Assembly: GCA_963783375.1 (NCBI GenBank)
Contig: CAWANH010000029.1
Span: 736,001 to 800,000, forward strand
DNA length: 64,000 nt
DNA from: Candidatus Eiseniibacteriota bacterium
GTDB lineage: Bacteria; Eisenbacteria; RBG-16-71-46; JABDJR01
Direction of reading: 5' to 3'
Every line of letters begins with the position of its first letter. The first letter of the stretch is position 1. Shown in pieces: positions 1-8,880 of the stretch. The notes below the pieces were generated by a model, which saw only the letters and a program-made list of their open reading frames with translations, did not search any database and had not been told where the DNA came from. The position numbers and the translations under genes are program-made.

Positions 1-1
1 C

Positions 2-1189
2 GACCCCCTGTTCGAGCACCAGGTCGTCGGGGCCGGCCCGCCCGGCCAGCCAGGCCGCCGCGCCGCGGTAGTCCTCCCGCCCATAGCGATCGTCGAAGGT
101 CTGGTTCGTCCATCCCACCGCCATGGGAATCAGGAGCGCGGTCAGCGCCGCCGCTCCCCACCACCAGCGGCGCGTTCCGATCCGGCGAATTCCCTCGGCC
201 AGCACGAGCAGGAAAACCGGCTGGGATACCGCCAGGTAGCGGGGGTTGTAGGCCTTGAGTCCCAGGATGGCCACCGCGGCGACGGCCAGGGCGGGAAGGA
301 ACGCCCACCAGAAGAGGAGCCTCATTCGCGAATCGCCGAGGCCTCGGGCGGCGGCGAGCACCGCGGCCACCGACCCCGAGGCCCCCAGAAGGAGCCAGGG
401 AAGGTGAGGCAGAAAGAGTGACCAGCGAAGCCCATTGTGGAGGGCTCGAAGCGGCGGTCCCAGGCCGAAGCCTCCGAGAAAGGTGGCGTAGGTGAAGGGT
501 AGGGCCCCGGGATGGAAGGTCAGGGCGCCGCGAATGCCTCCGCCGCCCGCTCCCGACACATCCGCCCAGTCCAGGTGGCCGGTGAGCTCGACCAGGATCC
601 AGGGGGCGGCGACGGCCAACGCGGCCGCCGCCGCGGCCAGCCAAGGGAGGATCCGGTCACGACGGTCGAAGAGGAGATAGAGCCCTACCGCGGGCAGGAG
701 GACCCCCCCGCTCAGATTGCAGAGCAGGAGCGCGGCCAGGCTCGCGCCGTGGGCGATCCAGGCCCGGACGGTGGATCGATCGAGCGCCCGCGTCAGGGTC
801 CAGAGCACCGCCGCCGAGGCGGCGATGAGGAACACGTAGTTCCGAACCTCCTGGGAGTACCAGATATGGAAGGGGGAGAGGGCGAATAGCCAGGTCCCGA
901 TGGTCGCGGCGCGGGGAAGGATGGACCGAAAGGCCAAAGCCACCAGGGCCAGGCCGATCACGCCGGCAATCGCCGACCACAGGCGAAGCGAGAGGTCCCC
1001 ACTCCCCCCGACCGCGGTCCAGAGTCGAAGCAGGACGTGAGGCAGCGGGCCTTGAGGGTCGATGAGCACGTCCCGGAAGCGAAAGACTTCCCCCACCGAC
1101 GCGGCGTGCAGGGTCGCGAGCTCGTCCACCCAGAGCGATTGCCGGGTCAGGCCGATCAGGCGGAGCAGGCTTCCCACCGCGATGGGCAA
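2..1189 (-). CDS. GT-C fold glycosyltransferase (GT39/ArnT/PMT-like), runs off the window start
   Basis: Missing from the ORF track because it has no stop in the window. Manual translation gives LPIAVGSLLRLIGLTRQSLWVDELATL...QGPLPHVLLRLW...LRLWSA...LSPFHIWYSQEVRNY, with the SLWxDE and YSQExRxY motifs and many TM segments. Start is TTG 1189 or CTG 1273. Confidence 0.8.
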   Translation of the reverse strand, partial: MPIAVGSLLRLIGLTRQSLWVDELATLHAASVGEVFRFRDVLIDPQGPLPHVLLRLWTAVGGSGDLSLRLWSAIAGVIGLALVALAFRSILPRAATIGTWLFALSPFHIWYSQEVRNYVFLIAASAAVLWTLTRALDRSTVRAWIAHGASLAALLLCNLSGGVLLPAVGLYLLFDRRDRILPWLAAAAAALAVAAPWILVELTGHLDWADVSGAGGGGIRGALTFHPGALPFTYATFLGGFGLGPPLRALHNGLRWSLFLPHLPWLLLGASGSVAAVLAAARGLGDSRMRLLFWWAFLPALAVAAVAILGLKAYNPRYLAVSQPVFLLVLAEGIRRIGTRRWWWGAAALTALLIPMAVGWTNQTFDDRYGREDYRGAAAWLAGRAGPDDLVLEQGV

Positions 1190-1269
1190 CCAGAAGGAAA
1201 GCAGGCGGGAGGTCGGGCCGGGCTGCGGTTCGGGAGCCGGAACGCGGGGCCTGCCGGGGCGAAAGTGGA

Positions 1270-2058
1270 TCAGTAGGCGCCGTCTCGGGAGACGACGGCG
1301 GGCAGGGTGCGGAGCAGGATCTTCTGATCCAGAAGAAAGGACTGGTGCTGGATGTATTGGATGTCCAACCGCATCCACTCGTTGAACCCGAGCTTGCTCC
1401 GACCTGAAATCTGCCACAGGCACGTAATCCCCGGTTTTACGTCGAGCCGCCGCCTCTGCCAGGGTTCGTACTTCTCGACCTCTTCGGGGATGGGGGGCCT
1501 GGGCCCCACCAGCGACATGTCCCCCCGCAGCACATTGAGAAGTTGAGGCAGCTCGTCGATCGACGTGCGCCGCAGGAACCGACCGACCCGGGTCACACGA
1601 GGATCGTTGGCGATCTTGAACACGGGGCCCTCGGCCTCGTTCAGATGCTGGATGAAGTTCCGGGACTCGTGGGCCCCGTCCACCATGCTCCTGAACTTGA
1701 AGAATACGAAAGGCCGCCCCCCCCTGCCCAACCGAATGGACCGATACAGGATCGGCCCCGGAGAGGTGAGCTTGATGGCCAGCGCCACGAATGGCAAGAA
1801 GGGAACGAAGAGGAGGAGGGCCACCACGGAGCCGACGAAGTCCATGCCACGCTTCCCATAGCGCTTGTAGAACGTGTCCTCGGCGGCGAGAGAGGCGGTG
1901 CTCATGGCGACGGCGGGGGGCACATCCACCTTCACCCGGGCGGCGCTACGGGGACGGGATCCCTTCAGGGTCGTCGCCGCTTCCCCACCCTTGGAGGTCT
2001 GCAGAAACCCACTTTGAGCGTCTCTCTGGGCAGTTTTGTACATGGGATGCCTGCTCAA
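1270..2058 (-). CDS. Priming sugar-phosphate transferase (Bac_transf family, short form)
   Basis: KFRSM, DPRVTRVGRFLRRTSIDELPQLLNVLRGDMSLVGPRP, KPGITCLWQISGRS; one hydrophobic segment; start may be ATG 2043. Confidence 0.92.
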   Translation of the reverse strand: MSRHPMYKTAQRDAQSGFLQTSKGGEAATTLKGSRPRSAARVKVDVPPAVAMSTASLAAEDTFYKRYGKRGMDFVGSVVALLLFVPFLPFVALAIKLTSPGPILYRSIRLGRGGRPFVFFKFRSMVDGAHESRNFIQHLNEAEGPVFKIANDPRVTRVGRFLRRTSIDELPQLLNVLRGDMSLVGPRPPIPEEVEKYEPWQRRRLDVKPGITCLWQISGRSKLGFNEWMRLDIQYIQHQSFLLDQKILLRTLPAVVSRDGAY

Positions 2059-2560
2059 GATGGACTCAGGGCCGGATCGGCGGAAAGACGCGCGTCGATG
2101 TGGAGAGAGGTGGTATCAGGCAGCACTCGTGACGATTGCTCCATCCTCGAGGTCGACCGGGTTCTCGACTCCCGGCCCTCGAGATGTTTCGATCAACCCC
2201 CGGACTCCCGGCTTACCGCTCTATCTTCCCGTCCCCGCCGGGCTCGGACGGACGCCATTTGCGGAAGCGCGAACCGCTCCCGCGTCCGATCGTCCGTTCT
2301 CCGCCCCGGCACCCCGGCCTGAATCGTGTTGCGAGACCTTGTTCCGGATTGGACATATGCTGGGGGATCCCCAGCGAGTCAGAAAGGTAGCCAGTGGAGT
2401 CCTGCGGTCACCTCCCACGTTCGGCGTGAGCTACCCCCTTCGCCGCTTGGGAGGCGGCGGCAGGGGTAGATTGCAATCGTTCAACGCAAGCATTATATCA
2501 AGGTGATCCCCGGACGGTCAACGAGTTTTAAGAAGATGTTAACCCCCAACTTATCCCGCT

Positions 2561-5059
2561 TCAGGGAGATCCCTCGATTTCGGTTCCGGGCCCGAAAACA
2601 TTCACCGTGCCGAGACGCTCCCCCTGCCAGCGATCCTCCTCGCTCCATATGTCCCGCAACGAAATACGGGTGAACATGGCGCGGGGGCGGACACGCACCG
2701 AAACGTCGTAACGACCCGCGGGAAACGCCTCCGGGAGGCTCACCCATTGGGTGTCGGCCAGCCCCTTGCCCGGGGTCCAGAAGCCGGCGGGCCACGCCCC
2801 CTGGAAGGGAGCCAGGGGAAACCGGAGCCTCGCCGGCGCCGGGTGACGTCCGGGCAGGAACCGGGTCAGGAGCCTCCCCAGCTTGATCCCGGGCCGCTCC
2901 CCCGCCGGGATGAACCGGAGATGGGCCTCCACCGGCCACCCGGTGGGATCTCCGCCCCGACTCCAGCCCAGCACGACCGGCGCCCGGCTTCCCGCCTCGA
3001 TCCGGGAGGGAAGGTCCAGGGAATTGAGAACCACCCCTTCCGCCGTCCCATCGGCCGTGGGTACCGGCCACCCTTCCGGTGCCGGGCGCTTCGGGCGCAA
3101 GAGCGCCCGGAGCCCCGGTCCGTTGAGGCCGGCGCCCCCCACCTCGAAGAGGACCCATCCCGGCACCCGGCCGGCCACATGCAAGCCCTCGGGACAGGAC
3201 GTGAACTTCGCCACCCGCAGGCTGTCCAGGTCCCCTCCCCGGGCCGCTCCGAAGTCCACGGTGAGCGGGAGCCCGTGCGGTTCGGGAAGAAGCACGTAGG
3301 CCGCGTGATGGCGCTCCAGGAGGGATAGAGTCGGCCCGCGGGGAACCCAGGGAGAGAGAATGGCTCCGAGGTCGTTCAGGCGGTCGAGGCCCCGGGAATC
3401 GAGGGGATGCCCGTGCTGGTGGAGCACGGTGATCGGGGCATGGCCGGTCTCGGCCGCGATCAGCGAGGATACCCAGGGATCGGCGGCCACCGCGGCCTCG
3501 CCCGGGATCGCCCGCACCATGTCCAGGGCCGCATCCACCCCGGCCGGCCGCCAACCCGCGACCGAGGCGGGCGTGAATCGTGACAGGGCCCCGGGAAGGG
3601 CGAGAAGGAGGAGGGCGGCGACCGCCACCCGAAGGGGCAGGGCCTTCCCGCGCCATGGCATTGACAAAAACGCGGCGATCACCCAGAAAAACGGCATGCT
3701 ATAAAGCAGCTTCACCGGAAGCGAACTCAGATAGCCGGCGGCCAGATCGAAGAGCCCGGGGAGGAGCGCGGGGGCGAGAGCGGCGACGGCCGCCGCCACG
3801 ACGTACCGTCGTCCCCACCGGTCCCCCAGGAACCGCCGGACTCCAGGCAGCAGGATCAGGGAGAGAACTCCGGCCGGGCCAAGGATCCGAAGCGCGGCCG
3901 GTGGGTAGATGATGCTCCCCACCCCACCCAGGGTGAGTACCGGCATGCTCTGGATGTGGAGGGGGTTGACCGGGCCCCTCGACTCCAGGAACCGCCATGC
4001 CAGGACCGGGGCGGCCACCGCCACGCCGGCGGCCAGCGCCCCCAGGATCCTCCCCTCCCCCCCCCAGGAATCCCGCCGGGCGGCAAAGAGAAGCAGGACG
4101 GCGGGCAGGTACACGAAAACGGGGGCCAGGGGGTGGACCGCGGCGGCGGCGGCGATGAGGAGCGCGAAGAGGAGGACGTCCGAGACCTCGAAGCTCCGGA
4201 CCAGCCCGAGGAGAACCCAGGTGGCGGCCCAGGCCACCACGAGACCGGCGTGGGCGCCGTAGCCCAACCGCACCGCCCACGCTCCCCCGTAGCCGCCGGT
4301 GTAGATGAGGGCCAGGACCGCGGCCAGGAGCCCCCCTCGGTGGTCCAGGCCGAGACGGAGACCCATGATGTAGATCAGGGCGAGCCAGGGTCCGATCAGG
4401 ATCGCGGGAGCCGCCGTCCACACCGAGCGGGCGGGAACCGCGGCCAGGGCCGCGGCCAGGGCCAGCCCGACGTGGAAGACTCCCTTCCGGGGATCCGTTC
4501 GATCCAGTTCCCCGGCGGGCGTGAGGGAGTGGCCCGGAAACACCTCTCCCGAGGTGAGAATCTCGTTCACCGTGGCCTCGTGATCGGGACCGTCGGTGGT
4601 GGGGCCCACCGGGGCGCCCGCGCGCGCGGCCAGGAGCACCGCGGAGGCGAGCAGGAACCCGAGCAGCCATCCCGCGGTCCGCGGGGGATGCTCCCCCGGC
4701 TCCCGGCGCCAGGCCCGGACCAGCGCGATCAGGATCACCACGAAGGTGCCGAAGAGGTAGGCGGCGCCGAGGGGGAGGGCCGGCCAGTGAAGGGCCCAGC
4801 CCAGGGCGGAGGCGCCCAGGACGGGAAGCAGTGACAGCGGGAACGCGAGCGCAACCAGGGCCGGCCACCCGGCCCGGGGAAGTCCCGGCCAGAGAAGGGC
4901 CAGGGCCGACCCCGGCGCCAGGAACACCGCGGCCAGCGCCGCCCATGCCTTCACCTCCGGCGGGAGCGGCACGGATCGGGACAGCGCCAGCAGAAGGAGG
5001 GTGAAGACGACGAGAAGCCCCAGGGGTAGGCGTTCGCGGGGCGAGGAAACCGCGGTCAC
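2561..5059 (-). CDS. Large polytopic membrane protein, probable GT-C-type transferase with a soluble C-terminal domain
   Basis: Many TM helices, a DGPDH loop after the N-terminal TMs, and a C-terminal soluble region. GTG start at 5059 overlaps the upstream stop (GTGA). Confidence 0.6.
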   Translation of the reverse strand: MTAVSSPRERLPLGLLVVFTLLLLALSRSVPLPPEVKAWAALAAVFLAPGSALALLWPGLPRAGWPALVALAFPLSLLPVLGASALGWALHWPALPLGAAYLFGTFVVILIALVRAWRREPGEHPPRTAGWLLGFLLASAVLLAARAGAPVGPTTDGPDHEATVNEILTSGEVFPGHSLTPAGELDRTDPRKGVFHVGLALAAALAAVPARSVWTAAPAILIGPWLALIYIMGLRLGLDHRGGLLAAVLALIYTGGYGGAWAVRLGYGAHAGLVVAWAATWVLLGLVRSFEVSDVLLFALLIAAAAAVHPLAPVFVYLPAVLLLFAARRDSWGGEGRILGALAAGVAVAAPVLAWRFLESRGPVNPLHIQSMPVLTLGGVGSIIYPPAALRILGPAGVLSLILLPGVRRFLGDRWGRRYVVAAAVAALAPALLPGLFDLAAGYLSSLPVKLLYSMPFFWVIAAFLSMPWRGKALPLRVAVAALLLLALPGALSRFTPASVAGWRPAGVDAALDMVRAIPGEAAVAADPWVSSLIAAETGHAPITVLHQHGHPLDSRGLDRLNDLGAILSPWVPRGPTLSLLERHHAAYVLLPEPHGLPLTVDFGAARGGDLDSLRVAKFTSCPEGLHVAGRVPGWVLFEVGGAGLNGPGLRALLRPKRPAPEGWPVPTADGTAEGVVLNSLDLPSRIEAGSRAPVVLGWSRGGDPTGWPVEAHLRFIPAGERPGIKLGRLLTRFLPGRHPAPARLRFPLAPFQGAWPAGFWTPGKGLADTQWVSLPEAFPAGRYDVSVRVRPRAMFTRISLRDIWSEEDRWQGERLGTVNVFGPGTEIEGSP

Positions 5060-6048
5060 TTCGGGTCCTCTTCGTCCTCCTCCCCCACGGCCCGACGCAG
5101 GGAGAAGTTCTCCCGCCACAGATGATAGAGACCGAGCAGGGTGATGGGGACGAACTGGACCGCGTGATAGAAGAGGGCGTAGCTCAGGGCGACGCTTTCA
5201 CCGACCTTGAACAGCATGAGCCCGTACTTCGCCCCCACCTCGAAGGTGCCCACGAAACCGGGGCCCGAGGGGAGCATCACCGCCAGGGCGGTGAGCACCA
5301 CCATCACGATGCTGGCATGGAGAGGGATGTCCAGCCCGAAGGCCAGGAAAGACACGTAGTAACTGCCGGCCATGGCCAACCAGGTGGCCAGTGAGAGCAC
5401 GATGATCCATAACACGTGGCGGCCGCGGGAGAGAACCTCGAGGCCGTCCAGGAACCGGTGCATGAGGCCGTTGACCTTGATCTCAAGGGGATCGGGCAGG
5501 CGGGCGGTGAGGGAGTTGAACACCCGCATGGTGGCCGCGCGCTTCCAGCGCAGGAGGGCCATCACCGCGAACATGGCCACGCAGGCCACCAGGGCGACGT
5601 ATCCCGCCGCCTCGACCCACCGCGCGAAGGAGTACCGGAGCAGCATGACCCCCAGGAACAGGAGAATGGCCAGGAGATCGAATGCCCGCTCCACCACGAT
5701 GGTGGCGAACGCGCTGCTCTTGGAGACCCCGGAGTTCCGTCCCAGGGCGTAGGCCCGTACCAACTCGCCCAGGCGCATGGGAAGGATGTTGTTGGCCATG
5801 AAGCCGATCATGGTGGCGGAGTAGGCGTTGGCCAGCGTAACCCGCTTGACCGGCTCCAGCATGAGCTTCCACCGCAGGGCCCGGAGCCAGATCGAGAGCA
5901 GGGTAGCCAGGAACACCGGCACCGCCCACCAGAAGTTGGTCTTGCCCAGCACGTCCAGGACCTGGCGGGGGTGAATTCCCCGGAAGGCGATGTAGAGGCT
6001 GACCAGGGTGAAGATCGCCCCCACCGCGGTGATCCACCGTCGCTTCAT
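5056..6048 (-). CDS. UPF0104 / lysylphosphatidylglycerol synthase TM (flippase-like) protein
   Basis: RALRWKLML, GFMANNILPMRLGELVRAY, TIVVERAFD, PSGPGFVGTFE motifs. Confidence 0.88.
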   Translation of the reverse strand: MKRRWITAVGAIFTLVSLYIAFRGIHPRQVLDVLGKTNFWWAVPVFLATLLSIWLRALRWKLMLEPVKRVTLANAYSATMIGFMANNILPMRLGELVRAYALGRNSGVSKSSAFATIVVERAFDLLAILLFLGVMLLRYSFARWVEAAGYVALVACVAMFAVMALLRWKRAATMRVFNSLTARLPDPLEIKVNGLMHRFLDGLEVLSRGRHVLWIIVLSLATWLAMAGSYYVSFLAFGLDIPLHASIVMVVLTALAVMLPSGPGFVGTFEVGAKYGLMLFKVGESVALSYALFYHAVQFVPITLLGLYHLWRENFSLRRAVGEEDEEDPK

Positions 6049-6152
6049 CGCTCGCCCTCCGGGGCCTCGGCGGGGGGTGCGGGGGCGCCCGGACGGGGGC
6101 CGACCGCCGCGGTCCGGACGGTGCGCCCGGCGGTCATGAAGCCTTCGATCAT
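6045..6152 (-). CDS. Putative 35-aa linker micro-ORF (MIEGFMTAGRTVRTAAVGPRPGAPAPPAEAPEGER)
   Basis: AAAGGAG SD upstream; ATGA overlap with the wzx stop (6149-6152) and ATGA overlap with the next start (6045-6048). Confidence 0.45.
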   Translation of the reverse strand: MIEGFMTAGRTVRTAAVGPRPGAPAPPAEAPEGER

Positions 6153-7729
6153 CGGTCTCCTTTCGGGCCGCGGCCGACCAGGATCGGCCCCAGCCAACTC
6201 CAGGCCGGAGGATCGACCCGGCGAATCAACGATCGCTCCTCGGGTCCCAGGACCCGGAAGATCCGGAGTCCCACCACGAACACCCCGACCCCGAGCATCA
6301 CCAGGCCCAGGAACGCGACCGGACCCCCGATCCGGGAGCGGAGCGGCCATAACAAAAGCATGGAACCGGACGCCGCGTAAATCCGAAGCAGAAATCCCCA
6401 GGGAAGTCGGAGGCGGATCCCCAGTCGCCGGAGCGCCCAGAGGTAGGGCAGGGGCGAGAAGAGGATCACCACCGAGACCGGGATCACCGCGCCCCAGAGC
6501 CCGAATCGGGGGATAAGGGCCAGGTCCAGGCCCACGTTCACGGCGGCGTTCACCACGTAGATGACCAGGGCGATCCAGGGACGCTCCACCACGTAGAGCA
6601 CCATGCCCAAGGGGGCCGAGAAGAAGGAGATGCTGAAGATCACGAAGAAGACCTGGCAGATGATCCCCGAGGGTCCGAAGTCCGGGTAGAGAATGCGAAT
6701 GGCCAGGTCCCCCACCAGGAGCCCGCCCATCGAGAGCGGAGCCACCAGGAAGAACAACAGCTTGTAGTAGGCGATCGCGGTGCGCTGCAGGGCGTCCCGG
6801 TCGCGGGTATAGACCTCGGAGAATCCCGCCATCACCAGGGGCCAGATGGCTCCGGGCACGAATTCCAGGATCATCTGGGGGAACCGGTAGGCCAGGTCGA
6901 AGAAGCCGGCTTCCTCGGCCCCGCGGAAGTGACCCAGGAAGAGCACCTCGCTCTGCCGCCAGGTGATGAGGTTCAGGAGCCCGATGGCCAGGAAGGGAAT
7001 GGAGTACTTCACCACGATGGAGAATCCGGCCGGAGTCGAGGCGCCGCCGGGCTCCGCGCCGGTTTCGGGGCCGGGACCGCCCCGGGCCGCGGCCGCCGCC
7101 CCGGCCTCGGCGAGGTAGGCGGGGGTCCGCCGGAGGAGCCACATCGCGAGCACGGCGTTGGAGGCCGCCGCGGCCACCAGGACTCCGGCCACCCGGGCTC
7201 CGGCGTGGAGCAGCCAGGCCACCAGCCCCACGTACACCAGGGTGGAAATCACCACGGCAAGGCTCACGCTCCGGGAGTCGTAGTGGGTGTTGGCCACCTG
7301 GGTGGCGGTGTTCCCCAGCACCTCGGGGAGGAGGAGCGCCACCCCCAGGACCAGGAGCCCGGCCACCGCGGGGTTGGCGATGTCGCCGATCCAGGAACGG
7401 AAGAGAAAGAACAAACCGAGAAGCACCAGCCACAGGAACGTCTGGATGCCGAAGACCGCGAAGAGCATGCCTCGAAGCCGTCCGCGCTCCCCGGCCAGGC
7501 GCCAGGTGGGTACGTACCGGAGAAGCCCCTGGGTGAGGCCGGCTCCCACCACGATGGCCACGAAGGCGAGGCTGGTGCGGATGACGGCCAGAATGCCGTA
7601 TTCGTAGGCGCCGAGGCCTCGGACCACGAGCACGGAGCCGAAAAGGCCCAGCACCATGCGGGCGATCCGCGCCACCACCCCCCAGCCCAGGGCGCCGCCC
7701 AGCCTTCGAACGTGATCCCGTTCGCTCAC
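6149..7729 (-). CDS. wzx: Wzx-type oligosaccharide flippase (MOP superfamily)
   Basis: RGLGAYEYG, EEAGFFDLAYRF, VNVGLDLALIPRFGLWGA; 12-14 TM segments; GTG start coupled at 7726-7729. Confidence 0.85.
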   Translation of the reverse strand: MSERDHVRRLGGALGWGVVARIARMVLGLFGSVLVVRGLGAYEYGILAVIRTSLAFVAIVVGAGLTQGLLRYVPTWRLAGERGRLRGMLFAVFGIQTFLWLVLLGLFFLFRSWIGDIANPAVAGLLVLGVALLLPEVLGNTATQVANTHYDSRSVSLAVVISTLVYVGLVAWLLHAGARVAGVLVAAAASNAVLAMWLLRRTPAYLAEAGAAAAARGGPGPETGAEPGGASTPAGFSIVVKYSIPFLAIGLLNLITWRQSEVLFLGHFRGAEEAGFFDLAYRFPQMILEFVPGAIWPLVMAGFSEVYTRDRDALQRTAIAYYKLLFFLVAPLSMGGLLVGDLAIRILYPDFGPSGIICQVFFVIFSISFFSAPLGMVLYVVERPWIALVIYVVNAAVNVGLDLALIPRFGLWGAVIPVSVVILFSPLPYLWALRRLGIRLRLPWGFLLRIYAASGSMLLLWPLRSRIGGPVAFLGLVMLGVGVFVVGLRIFRVLGPEERSLIRRVDPPAWSWLGPILVGRGPKGDR

Positions 7730-8880
7730 TCCCCCTCCTCCAGCCGTCGGCGGAGCGCGGGGAGGACCGCGGTGATGTGGTCGCGTTCGAGGGGCACCTC
7801 GCGATCGGACAGGAAGCACGCGTCCGAGGTGGGATGTTCGGGGGTGTAGCCGTGCATGGCGGTGATCGGCTCCGAGCCCATGTCGCTGGGGAGGATCAAC
7901 ACCCCCGGATCGACGAGGAAGATCAGGTCGCCGTAGGCGCGGTCCGGAAACCCCACCCCCCAGCGATCGAGGGTCTCGGGGTCCAGCACCATCCCCCACT
8001 CCAGGCGGTTCAGCGCCGCGCGCAGCGTCGCGGGGTCCCCGACGTCCCAGAACCGGGCCACGGTGGAGTCGAAGAAACCCTCGAAGTCCCGGCCGCGGCG
8101 GAGGCCGGCCCCGGCCAGGTCGCCGAGGATGTCGCGGTGCTCGGTCACCCGGGTCATGCCGTGGTCGGAAAAGAGGCTGATACGCACCGGTCCCAGGGTC
8201 TCCATCCGCGCGATGAGATCCTCCACCCCCCCCGCGAGGGTGTCCAGGGTCCGGTCGAGCTCCGGGCTCTCCGGACCCGCCCGGTGCTGCACGGCGTCGA
8301 TCTCGGTGAGGTACAGGAGCACCGTCCGCGGGTCCCCGGCCTCCACCGCCTCCACCGCACGCGCCAGCTTCACTTTGTCCGGAACCCGCCAGTCCGAAAC
8401 GTGGTAAGGCTCCCCCCGTCGCTCCAGCTCGTCCACCAGGCTGGGGGTCCGGGGAAAGGCCCCGGGCGCCCAGGTATCGTGCACCTCCACCGGTTCCAGC
8501 CCGGGGAGCACCCGCATGGGAACGTTGTATAGGCTAAAATACCCTCTTATTTTAGCTTTTTTTCTCCAATACTCCTGCAGACGGACGCGCACCCGCCAGC
8601 TGTCCCGGATGCGGCCGGGGAGCCGGGCCACCAGCGCGGCTTCCCGGAAGGGCGAGGAGCCGGACGCCCGGCGGTAGAGAAACCAGTGTCCGTGCTCCAC
8701 CGGCATCGATCCGGTGAGGAGCGAGGGCACCGCGGTGCTGGAATAGCCGAAGACGGTGGTGAGCCGGCGGCGGAACGGGAGACGCCCGGCCATGAAGCCG
8801 GTCCGCTCCACGGTCAACCACCCCAGAGCGTCCACCAGAAGCACGAGGTTCCGGGCCGGTCCCGCCCCTAGGGATGCCAT
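7726..8880 (-). CDS. Alkaline phosphatase superfamily / nucleotide pyrophosphatase-phosphodiesterase-like protein
   Basis: LVDALG, YSSTAVPSLLTG, DAVQH, SDHGM, MHGY metal and nucleophile motifs; no signal peptide. Confidence 0.85.
   Translation of the reverse strand: MASLGAGPARNLVLLVDALGWLTVERTGFMAGRLPFRRRLTTVFGYSSTAVPSLLTGSMPVEHGHWFLYRRASGSSPFREAALVARLPGRIRDSWRVRVRLQEYWRKKAKIRGYFSLYNVPMRVLPGLEPVEVHDTWAPGAFPRTPSLVDELERRGEPYHVSDWRVPDKVKLARAVEAVEAGDPRTVLLYLTEIDAVQHRAGPESPELDRTLDTLAGGVEDLIARMETLGPVRISLFSDHGMTRVTEHRDILGDLAGAGLRRGRDFEGFFDSTVARFWDVGDPATLRAALNRLEWGMVLDPETLDRWGVGFPDRAYGDLIFLVDPGVLILPSDMGSEPITAMHGYTPEHPTSDACFLSDREVPLERDHITAVLPALRRRLEEGE

Noticed and set aside
3661-3705. Plus-strand TTGACA...TATAAA inside the GT-C gene as an antisense promoter
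   Set aside because: The spacer is about 33 nt, far from 16-18.
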